DNA from: Giardia intestinalis
Lineage: Eukaryota
Strand: one strand, 5' to 3'
NCBI GenBank assembly: GCA_000002435.2
Contig: CM018790.1
DNA length: 64,000 bases
The first letter of the stretch is position 1; each line of letters opens with the position of its first letter. The notes beneath the pieces were generated by a model. It ran no database searches. It was not told where the DNA came from and worked only from the letters and a program-made list of their open reading frames with translations. This document shows, piece by piece, positions 10,601-20,800 of this stretch. The position numbers and the translations under genes are program-made.

Positions 10601-13001
10601 GAGTGGGAAAGCTTGAAGAGGGAGTAGCAGCTCTTGTACTCCTCTGCTGAGTGATGCAGAGAACTGGCTCGTTTCTTAGCGTCGATAGTTCTTCAGAATG
10701 CACGTTTCTTTGTTTAAGACTTGCATGCTTCGGATTGCCCTCTGTTGCCAGCAGAGCAGCCACCGCCCTGTGTGTCTCCTTCAGACATATGCCCATCTAT
10801 AGTGGCGTCTCCTGTCTTTTCTCTGGAGAGGCATAACAGTCCCAATCCAGACACCTTGCTCTCAGCACACACCTCGTATCTATCAGAGGTCAAGTGTTCG
10901 TCAGCCATATCCCATAAGCATCAGTACTGTGCCACTATGTTACTTCCTGTCCCTCTTGAGGGGCGCGCTCTGACCATCCCAGTGTCTCTATGATAGGAGA
11001 GCTGTGGATCCAGAGGCGGTCATGGCTTTCTGGCCCTCTCTGCTGTCCAGTAGACTGCAAGAGTGCCCTTCGGGGGTCGGTCCCCTAACCTTCTGTTCTC
11101 TCGAGGAAGTGGTCCTTGGATAGCGCCACTTGGATGATTCCCGAAGCCTCACTGCACGGGTGCTGCTTTACAAACACTCCTGGCTGAAGCTGGACCCGAA
11201 TCCTCCTAGAGTTACCTGCTGGCCCAGTCCTTGATTGCTATCAGCAGAGGTCTCAACCTTCCAAGGACATCTCGGGGACAATACGTTTGGCCCACGTCAG
11301 CGCCACTTCCTGGCAGGGGCATGCAGAAGATCTGCTCCCTCTTGTAGATCCATCATTGGTATCGAGAGTACTGCGCCTGTCACTCTCGCTGGAAGTGTCG
11401 ATAGATGGTGCCCCGTATCTATCCCATTGAAGAGTTGGAGGTCCGCCAGGACAGCGAAGATGATCCCATCAGGGCTGTGATCATATACCCGCCATTATAG
11501 CAACCATAGTGTAGATAAGACAACTGTCTGGGCCCTGCAACTCCCGGCGTAGGACGCCAGGAGGCATAGCTAATTCAAGCTAATAAAGGCCACCCCTGTC
11601 ATAGCAGGCTCAGAAAGTAGAGAATGAGTGACGTACCTGGTGTCCATCCACGCACGCATGCAGCCTGGAAGCCCTGCTCAAAGCACCGAGGCCTGCAGGG
11701 GTGTGGCATCCGAACAGGCCCGACAGTTATGGTTGTTTCTGAAAACAGCCAACATGACTGGATGAGGACATAAGAACTCACGGAGACCCTCACAGTCTTG
11801 ATGTCTGGGAGAACGTGGGGGCTGACCACTCCAAGATTGTCCATCTCATGAGCTGGCTTTCGACAGTAGGCATAACAAAAAAGTGACCTCCAGTCATACA
11901 CAATCTCATGCCAGCCCATCGCAGGATAGACCATCATTGCCTGACCTACCAATCCGTCCATTTCTGTGATAGATGTAACAGTACTTCATCATCGGCCACC
12001 TTGCGGCTACACAGTCAGGGTATTATCCGTGACATTGCTTGCTGATGCTCTGCATAGGGCCCTGTCCTCGTAGAGTGACAGATGAGCCTCTCTGTATATG
12101 TGGATCTAATGATATGGCTCCTCTGGGACTTTCCACCTCTGCTTCTGTCTAGTATCTCACATCAATATGAAGTGGCCAGTGGCTGTTATTGGATCTTGCA
12201 GCATAACTATTACACATTTGTGTGCCCATCAAGACTACCATATAGGGTCACACAAGCCGAGAGCTCTGTCAGGCAGTTATTGGACTCGATGTCAAGATGG
12301 CAGGAGGACAACACTCCCAAGGGTCGCTGAAGCATGAAGCGTTATATAGATCGTATAGCACACCAGCTGCAGCACAACGGCAGAGGGCATACCTAGATGT
12401 AGATAGCGCCTACAGCAAGCGGCATGCTGTCGTTGTCGGTACAACGGGCATAGTGGCTACTGGACCCACGCTTTAGTAGCCTCGATTGGAGCAATTGCAC
12501 AGCGAAGGAGCAGGGCGTAGGGGCATGGGCACCAACCGGTCGAGCAACGTGTACATGTACGAGCACAGTTATGAGTCTCGCCTACACTGTTGGGTGGTGC
12601 TCTGCTTTGATGCTGACTCAGCGGACCAACCCTCACATCTGTGACAGAAGGTAGGACATCGTGCTGATCATGCGGTGAGAGGCCTTCATGCGGGCCTTTA
12701 ACTAGCCTAGGCAGCACTTAGAAGCGGCCAACCCTCTCGTACCACGTCTCCTCTCTAAATAGGACTGAATGCATCCATGGTACCCTTCTAGGGTCTTAGT
12801 ATCATGGAGCCCGTGCCAGGCAGGAAGGTTCTATATTACATGGCATGCGAGCTGCTAGGATGTGTAAACACTTGCGTGGTTGTAGCGACGCGTCCTCATC
12901 AGCAAGTGTCAGAGTACATCGGTGGACAGGTGCATATTAAGTCAGGCACTCTGTGTGCGATCATGCATCACAGCTCTCGTAACGGGCCACAGGCAGCCTG
13001 G
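7610..13001. other. Unique 5.4-kb spacer between the inverted-repeat arms. No ORF longer than 120 aa in any frame.
   Basis: The six-frame track shows only short, unrecognisable ORFs with no mirror-image copies. It contains element A' (8196-8444). No recognisable RT, endonuclease, rRNA or telomeric (TAGGG)n signatures were seen by eye. Confidence 0.6.
8196..8444. repeat. Element A', the inverted copy of element A (1513-1769), lying 587 bp inside the spacer from the inner end of the left arm.
   Basis: Exact reverse complement of A apart from one 7-bp indel. With A it brackets a 6.9-kb segment (1513-8444) that holds VSP copy L and its whole arm. No corresponding copy flanks the right arm. Confidence 0.8.
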
Positions 13002-16000
13002 GGACCAGTGCTCTACGACGATATGAGCGCGGGAGGTGATCCCAAGATATGCCGACCAAGGATTTCGATATAGCTCCTGCCGCAGGGGATAATAGAACAG
13101 TGCAGCGAAGAACAGGTAACCCAAGTATCAAGAGGTACACCTATAATGGCAACCAAGAAAAGTGCTATACATAGTTAGTGATCAATACCCTTAGACAGGA
13201 AGCGGCAGATTATATGGCAGAAGAGGAGCGTTATCACTGTCGGCCAATCAAGCATTCTAAGACATCGAAGCTGTGACGATGCATCTACCAGTGAGCTCCA
13301 TCGTGCATTCTGAAGGGCACGTTGCCCAACTAAGTTAGGGAAGTTCAGGAGATGACTACGTCCTTCTGTCATCATATGTGCCCTTTGTAAATACATGTTT
13401 AGCCCAGCATCCTCTGGCGTCCAAAGTGAATGCAGATGTAAGTGAGACTGGGCAAGTATTGAGGAACGCCGGCTACGAGTAGCCCCTAATGTTGGCTAGC
13501 CACACCTGGGAGCATATCTGTCTAGGAGAGCTCTATGTAGGGCGAAGAAGATCATTCTTCGCTGGTTGGTCGTGACTTGGAGCTCAGAACAGACAGGGAA
13601 CTGAGGTGGTGACCGGGTTATTGCTCTGCATCGTCTGTGCAGCCATAGCCAGATCAGCCAGAACGACCCCTCGATATACACGTAATTAGCCTGTGTCTGG
13701 ATACTAAAAAACTTGAGGCAGCCGTCGCACCCACTGCCCCCAGGACAGAGCTTCTGCATGCATGGCTAGCTACCCTTGTCAGTTCGGTCTACTGGTCCAA
13801 TAGTCTGGGAACCCTCTACGCCGTTTTCTGGCATGCGATGTATCGCAACTGCTCATAGGAGTAAGCAGCGTGAAAGAGGAATTGCATGTGCAGACAGTAT
13901 GCTATGCTCGTCTTGGAGGCCTAGGGCTTCTAAAAACGAATTGTTGTGCTGAGCCATACGCCTCATTGCCTTGCGCCGGTGACTGCCTCCACCACCGTCT
14001 TCGTTACACTTGGGCTGTACCTGCCCAACAGACTGAGCAGAGATTACAGAAGCTTCTCTAATAATGCACACACGCCGCATAAGGTCTGATGATAGAGTGG
14101 ACACCGCCTGTTTGAGCTGTCTGCTATTGATGGAAGACAGCACTTGGTTGCATCAGAAATGCCTCTGTTTAAGCATAGAGTCTTTATTGCTGTTCATCCA
14201 TTAGCTATAGCGATAGCTGTATACCCAGAAAGGCCCTGCAAAGCACTCTACTGCCTTTCAAGGTAAGACACAATCCCCAGACTTATAACTAAAAACAGAA
14301 ATCTATGCACCAAGTGTCACAAGCCTAGTGTGCTGACCGGCCTAGATTACAGTGCACTCGCCAAGGGCCCGTGCACATGTTTGGATGCCCATTGCTGGTG
14401 TTAGACGGGCCTGCAGGAAGGCTTTGCCTCTAGTCGCACTCACCTTATAACACCTAGCCCTTCGTGACACACCTCAACAAAGAATGATGCTATTTGGGCG
14501 TACAGGAGGCTATCCGTGCACGGTGGTTCCTGGAGAGCTGGTTCGCACAGAGAAGGTAGGAATGACCAGCAGATTAGTGGGGCAAGGCTAGCGCTAGAGA
14601 TGCTAATTACAGATCCGAATTGCAGCAAGGACGCACACGGTGTCTTTTTGGCCTCCGACTCTGAAGCATTGTGTCTACAGATAGGTTGGAGGTTGATTTT
14701 TGAGTTTGTGCATTTGAAATACCACAGGCTTTCTTGAGTGTTTGCTTGTTATGAATCTTAAAGGTGTTCGGCTATTTGTCGACGTGTGCATAAAGACTCT
14801 GTCGTAGAGGTATACTGTGTAACCTGATAACAGGCAGCATGTTTGCTATCCAGCAGTTCCTCAATTGCGTCTTTCCGCAATAGACGAGCCACCAGATGAG
14901 GCTCCCACGATTCACATGGTTGATTTTATAGTGCCATGAGGACTGTCGCCTTCACTTTGACCAAAGGATTGGTGTATGCGTTGCACAGTTTGAAGTACTT
15001 GCCAACCAAGGTGGCACAATCAGCTCTTGCTCACCGGCGTAAATCCCAAGCACTCAGTGCTGTTTATATGGGTGTTTTTACTAATTCTGCAAGGGTATAT
15101 CCCATAACTGTACAGTGCAGATAGAAGCCCTTGCCTGCTATAAAGAGGGCCGGCCAGTTTACTACATTCGAGCATTCCTTGTGCACTCAACAGAGACTTG
15201 ATAGACCAGATCGCTGCGCACCTCAGCGTCTCTGCCTGCAAGCTGCTTTACGACTCTCTCACTGTCTCACCTCCACATGGTTATCAAACTACCAAGCACT
15301 TCGTAACGTCAGCTGATTATTTGAGATATCAAGCTTTCGTATAGTGGGTTGCTCAATGTGACATGAAATCTAGAGGCCACTGACTTTCCTAGCTTGCTGT
15401 CCATAAACACTACCATCAATCTTCAGTTCAGTTGACCAGCATACAGCCCATTCTTTGGCACCAGGCAGGACCGGTCTTATTGGAAGGCTCTCGAACACAA
15501 GAGTGCCTCCGATAGCAACGCTGCGTGCCTTGCCCAAATGATCACTCTCGGCCACGATTCCAGGAGCTGAGCACTCTGAGCCGAGTAGTGATAGCCCAGG
15601 TTGTTTACGGTCCCGCTATTCTTTGCCAGCAGGGAGCGGGCGGCCCGACAGCGCTGGCCGCCTCGACGTTGCCTTTTCTCCAGTGTGCGGGATACTCCTT
15701 ATGTGAGAGACGCTATGGTATGGTTGGCTGGAGCCGGTCAAGTGGGCGGGACCACCGCTCTGAGGGTGCTGGGACACCATTGCGTGCCCGAAGGCTGTCC
15801 ACTCCAGTGGGACTATCCCAGATGGGGATGGACAGGCACTGGCTCCTAGATGGGTCTGCGGCCGGCGAGGGACGGTCTCTAAAGTGGTCAGTAGGGCCCT
15901 TCAGTGCGTGGGAGTCGACAGGGGACAGGCTCATCAATAGTCTATGGTGCAAGCGGGTTGAGTCGTATGACAGACGGCGCCCCTGAGCAGGGGGACAGTC

Positions 16001-16525
16001 GCAGTGGGTCGCGATAGAACGCAGCCATCCTCCACGGGGCATCGCTCCTGCCGGGCTTCAACAGTGGAATCTCGGGGGAACAGTGTTCGAGGCATGCGCT
16101 GGTGACCCGTGGCTCGGGGCTGCTGGACGTCTCATGGCCCGGCCTCCATTGGGTCTGTTCAAGCATTCAGGAGATCCCTAGGCAGTTCCTTGGCAGACAT
16201 TGTGACTGGCACAGCAGGGGAGTTGGTCGCCAGGAAACCCTCACATCACAGCGAAGAGCGAAGCATGGCCGCCGTGTAGCCACTACTATGGTACGCCTTG
16301 CAGCATAAGGGGGAGACCTATACTGATCAATCCATCTCACAGCCGGCCAGTCACAGAAGCTCGGAGCGGCAGGTCATAAGAGTGGAATCGGTACGACTCC
16401 ACTTCTCCGCAGGCCTGTGGAGGGCCTTCCCTGCCAGTGCGTCATGCAGCACAGACAGATGCCATGAAGGGGCGGACTGGCGAACGGAGCTGCTATATCT
16501 CTGTGTGACAGAGCGTCGAGCCACA

Positions 16526-18436
16526 ATGTTCTACGCATTTTTGCTGATCGGCCTCACGCTTCAACTGGCGACAGAGGAGTGCACACCCGTCTCCGGTGGC
16601 GGTCCCGAGACCTGCAAGACATGCGGGGCCACCATTGGGGGAGTGAGCTACTGCTCGCAATGCAATGATAGTGGGTCGGAGTCTGCCCCGACGGACGGCA
16701 AGTGCACAACAGACAACGCTGTGTGTAATGCAAAGGCAGAAGGAAAGTGCACCACGTGTACGGGAAGCTCCTTCATGTACAAAGGAGGATGCTATTCAAA
16801 GGATACTAAACCTGGCAATGCAGCGTGTACACAAGCAGCTGCTGGAGTGTGCACACAAGCCGCGCAAGGATACTTCCTGCCACCCGATGCTGATAGAGAT
16901 AATGCACATCAGTCTGCTATACCGTGCGGAAGTGAGGAGGAAGTACCAGCTAAAAACAACCACAAGTATAAGGGCGTGCCGCATTGCACTCAGTGTGACA
17001 CGCCTGACGTAGCAGCCGATGCTAACGCCAAGGCTGCCACGTGCACAGCATGCGAGAGCGGATACTTTGTAGATAATAGTAAAGGAAAGACATGTACAGC
17101 ATGTGCAGATAACTGCCTGACCTGCACCGACGGGACAGTCAGCAAGTGCAAGTCGTGCACGGCAGAGACGTACTTCTTAGCAACAGAGGGGAGCGAGGGC
17201 CCTTGCATATCGTGCGGAGATGCTACTCAGGGATCTGGTGCTTGGAAGGGCGTCGCTGGATGCGCCAAGTGTACTAAGCCACAGAGTGCCGGCCCTGCAA
17301 CGTGCACTGAGTGCCAGGCAGATAAGTATCTGAAGACAGAATCGGGGACAGCCTCTTGTGTCAGTGCAGAGGAGTGTAAGGATGGATTCTTCCCCACAGC
17401 CGATGCACAAGGCAAGAAGGTGTGTGCTAAGTGCAGCGATACTGCCAATGGTGGCATAGAGGATTGTGCAAAATGCTCTCTCAAGGCAACGTCTGCAAGA
17501 GCAGGTCCAATGGTTACGTGCTCTGGGTGTGAGACCAAAAGACTGAGCCCCCTTAATGATGCATGTCTGGAGGAGTGCCCTGCCGGCACATATCCCGATA
17601 ATCGTGACAGTACCGGCATTTGCGCTTCCTGTCACAATACATGCGCAAGCTGTAGTACTAACGCAGAAACGTCGTGCACGGCCTGCTATCCGGGGTATGT
17701 GCTGAGTCGGTCGTCTGGTGACGCAGGAACGTGCATAAAAGAGTGCACGGGAGACTTTATGGCCCACTGCAAGGCCGACGGCTGCTCACTGAACGTCGGA
17801 GGCTCGAAGTACTGCGATCAGTGCGAGGATGGGTACGCCCCAGTCGACGGCGTTTGCACTAAGGTGGCCAGCACAGCGAGGGATGCCTCCGGATGTAAGG
17901 CAAGTGGCGGGAAATGCACTGAGTGTGGGGCAAACTACGCTCTGTTATCGGGCGGATGCTATAATACAAATAAGGTCCCCGGCAACTCTGTATGCACGTT
18001 ATCCGTAGGCGGAAAGTGTACTATGTGCGTAGCAAGTGGAGCAGATCCCAAAGGACAAGCCTGTCCTACATGCCCTGATGGTTGTTTGAAGTGTACTGGT
18101 AACGTCGGTTCTCAGACCTGTTCTTCCTGCCTTTCTGGATATTATCTTTCTACTAATAAGTGCTTTAGGTGCACAGCAGGCGACGGAGCTAGTGCCAACG
18201 CAATCACTGGTGTAGAGAACTGCATAAGCTGTGCCCCTCCAACTGGTGGCAATGGCGGCTCTGTTACTTGCTATGTCAAGAACGATGACAGCAGTGGCAG
18301 TGGCACTGGTGGAAGCACGAACAAGAGCGGGCTCTCCACTGGCGCCATTGCAGGCATCTCCGTTGCTGTGATTGTTGTTGTAGGGGGCCTCGTCGGCTTC
18401 CTCTGCTGGTGGTTTATTTGTAGAGGAAAGGCGTAG
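16526..18436 (+). CDS. vsp: Variant-specific surface protein (VSP), copy R. Identical 636-aa product to copy L.
   Basis: ATG at 16526 (ccacaATGttctacgcattt). Ends ...FICRGKA, then TAG at 18434-18436. Protein identical to copy L. Confidence 0.9.
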   Translation: MFYAFLLIGLTLQLATEECTPVSGGGPETCKTCGATIGGVSYCSQCNDSGSESAPTDGKCTTDNAVCNAKAEGKCTTCTGSSFMYKGGCYSKDTKPGNAACTQAAAGVCTQAAQGYFLPPDADRDNAHQSAIPCGSEEEVPAKNNHKYKGVPHCTQCDTPDVAADANAKAATCTACESGYFVDNSKGKTCTACADNCLTCTDGTVSKCKSCTAETYFLATEGSEGPCISCGDATQGSGAWKGVAGCAKCTKPQSAGPATCTECQADKYLKTESGTASCVSAEECKDGFFPTADAQGKKVCAKCSDTANGGIEDCAKCSLKATSARAGPMVTCSGCETKRLSPLNDACLEECPAGTYPDNRDSTGICASCHNTCASCSTNAETSCTACYPGYVLSRSSGDAGTCIKECTGDFMAHCKADGCSLNVGGSKYCDQCEDGYAPVDGVCTKVASTARDASGCKASGGKCTECGANYALLSGGCYNTNKVPGNSVCTLSVGGKCTMCVASGADPKGQACPTCPDGCLKCTGNVGSQTCSSCLSGYYLSTNKCFRCTAGDGASANAITGVENCISCAPPTGGNGGSVTCYVKNDDSSGSGTGGSTNKSGLSTGAIAGISVAVIVVVGGLVGFLCWWFICRGKA

Positions 18437-18438
18437 GT

Positions 18439-18453
18439 ACTTAGATAGTAAAC
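18439..18453 (+). terminator. VSP extended polyadenylation signal ACTTAGATAGTAAAC.
   Basis: Begins 3 nt after the stop codon and contains AGTAAAC (AGTRAAY). Confidence 0.7.
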
Positions 18454-19031
18454 GCGTCACTAGTGGTGCAGCTGCCTGACAAGCGGGTGCGCCTCGTATA
18501 CTTCGCCAGCCAGCCTGCAACCGGGAGCAGGGGTGGCCGCTCCCCTGCCCCCGAGCGTGCTCTGCACAGTGCCGTTGACACCGTCATGGCCGGGGACGGC
18601 GCACCCGATATTCCGTGTTCGCTCTTGACGAGCTGCATCGATGCGAGGAGGGGTGCTTGATGTGGGCAGCTTTGGTACTGTCCATGTGATAGGTGGCTAT
18701 CCAAGACTCAGAGTGGGAAGCTCACGGAGGCCACTGGGTCGCGCTGGCCACCATTTCCAGACGCTCACACCTAGATGTCATTAGGCACTACCGGGTGCTC
18801 AGAGACGCTCACTCCATCTTCATCATCATGGACCGCTGAGATCGGTGCCTCAAGATGTGATTGCCGATTGAGCAAGAACCGGTAACCCTACCGATACAGT
18901 GCTCTCCATCATGGAGCAGTGAGTGTCTACAATTATATATTGACCACTACTGTGATAGCGCGGAGCTTCCGGGGTCAACCACAAGTAAAGGGTAAGCTTT
19001 CTTAATGGAATTGCCACTCACAAGACAGAGA

Positions 19032-20747
19032 TCATTTTCCGCGCCCCTGCTTTTTACAAATCTGCAAGAACTCCAACGTAACAATTGTTACAGTCACAAT
19101 TACACTAATCAACGCCAAAACCAAAGAAGTTATGAGAAGGCCCCTGTTATCAAGAAAATAGACATTGTCGGGGACCTCTACAATATCGCCTATCTCGACG
19201 GTGATGTAGGAGTGCAGCTTCTTATATTGTGACTTGATAAAGGAGAGCTGCGAGCTGCAGTACTTGCCATTGAAATACTTGTCGTTTGGAACCCAATTGT
19301 TGGAGCATGTAAAGCATAGTAAGTTTGCGAAGACACCGGTATATTTGAATTCACCGGCTAAACTGACACTAGCAGACTCTATTCCGGAGCCGGCAGTGTA
19401 CCAGAGCTTGACTTTAAACGTTGTGGTGGATGGGAGCTCCAGGATATTGCAATGGTCTTCGTTCGGCGGCAAGGTAGCATGTATGCAGAGGGTGTCATCC
19501 ATCACCTCGGCATACATGTCGGCAAAGCAAGTAACATTGGGGGGATGAGCGGTGAAGAGCAAGCGCTTCACTTCCTGACCAGCCAAGTTTGTCATGTAGA
19601 CGCCGTACTTGGCGACAGAGGTGTTGCGGTGGTCGATTATGGACGCGAACGTATCCTTGCACGTCTTATCTTTACAAGTATACCAGTACCGGCTCCTAAC
19701 GGATGTGTCAAACGTGAAATCAGGATCCAGTCGTGTATAGTAGCACTTCACGCTAGCGTAGAACGGATCGACATTGTCTGATAAGCTAAAGTAAAAGTAG
19801 GTGCTTTTTACGTCTCCAGCCAACGTGCACGCTGAGGACTCCGCGGTGGGCGCTCCAAGTTCCATGCAGATCTTGTCTCTGTAGAGCCGCACAGATGCGG
19901 TGCTGAAACAAAGAGCTGTTGAGTTGTCGCGCAGATTTGTGGAGGGTTGCATCACCACAACACCGCCCGTGGAGCTTGAATTGGTGAAGCTGAAGGAGGC
20001 GCCCAGGCGTGCCAGGTGATAGGGATAGCTAATAAAGGTGCGGAAGATCCGAGTGCATTCAGCAGTTGTCATTTTCTGCTTAGACGCAGGGGACGAAGAG
20101 ATGGTGCTGCAATTTATCTTAAAAGTTTGTGCCTTGGTGTGTATGTATTCTGAGGCTAGAGGAGCATATCCACCTGCCCTCGTGCTCTGAGGCTCCAATG
20201 GAAATGTGGCTGTTTCGACTTCGGAGATACGGAAAATGGCATAGAGCTTGGCTTCTGCTGGAATATCACAATACAGCGGCTTGACATTAATGTCCATGGC
20301 GCCATCATCTTCATAAACGCTTTGCAGGATGTCTATTTCGGCCCAGCAGTTATTGTAATCGAATCTAGAGACAATAATGGTAGGGACGACTGCCGAGTAC
20401 TGAAAGGCGCTGCCTGAAGTGGTACTCGTGACACTAAACTCTGCACTGGACATAGATGAAATGGCAGGGATGCAATCTGTAATTGCATTATTCATGTCCG
20501 GGCACGGAAGGACAATTGATTTGGGTCCATTGACATTAAAGTTCCATCCTGGCTTCGTCGTAAACGTTAACGTTCCAGTTTTAAGCTGTATCTGTGGCGT
20601 GTTTGGAAGGGCACTACAAGCAATATCAAGTGTTTTATTGACCGTAAATGTCAGCTGAATCTGTGCCTTAGCCGGATTAGAAGTGATGACGAGGTCTGTA
20701 AAACAGGCGAAAATCTCCTGTGTGAGAAGACAGAGAGGAACCCACAT
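19032..20747 (-). CDS. Type I membrane protein (signal peptide, large extracellular domain, one C-terminal TM, short basic tail). Function unknown.
   Basis: ATG verified at 20745-20747. N-terminal hydrophobic signal (MWVPLCLLTQEIFACF). Many N-x-S/T sites and about 24 Cys. C-terminal TM LITSLVLALISVIVTVTIVTL followed by KKQGRGK. Cys content is too low for the VSP/HCMP classes. Confidence 0.6.
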   Translation of the reverse strand: MWVPLCLLTQEIFACFTDLVITSNPAKAQIQLTFTVNKTLDIACSALPNTPQIQLKTGTLTFTTKPGWNFNVNGPKSIVLPCPDMNNAITDCIPAISSMSSAEFSVTSTTSGSAFQYSAVVPTIIVSRFDYNNCWAEIDILQSVYEDDGAMDINVKPLYCDIPAEAKLYAIFRISEVETATFPLEPQSTRAGGYAPLASEYIHTKAQTFKINCSTISSSPASKQKMTTAECTRIFRTFISYPYHLARLGASFSFTNSSSTGGVVVMQPSTNLRDNSTALCFSTASVRLYRDKICMELGAPTAESSACTLAGDVKSTYFYFSLSDNVDPFYASVKCYYTRLDPDFTFDTSVRSRYWYTCKDKTCKDTFASIIDHRNTSVAKYGVYMTNLAGQEVKRLLFTAHPPNVTCFADMYAEVMDDTLCIHATLPPNEDHCNILELPSTTTFKVKLWYTAGSGIESASVSLAGEFKYTGVFANLLCFTCSNNWVPNDKYFNGKYCSSQLSFIKSQYKKLHSYITVEIGDIVEVPDNVYFLDNRGLLITSLVLALISVIVTVTIVTLEFLQICKKQGRGK

Positions 20748-20800
20748 AGAAAGATGAGTTTCTTTATAAAATTCTATCGAGTTGTCGTGAGTCAGATCTC
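20748..20800. promoter_or_regulatory. 53-bp bidirectional intergenic region shared by divergent genes 19032-20747(-) and 20801-25189(+).
   Basis: AT-rich core gaattttataaagaaa lies between two verified ATGs. Giardia promoters are typically short AT-rich initiators within about 50 bp of the ATG. Confidence 0.4.

Larger units (their letters stand above)
13002..18650. repeat. Right arm of the 5,649-bp perfect inverted repeat.
   Basis: Mirror of 1961-7609, as described for the left arm. Confidence 0.85.
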
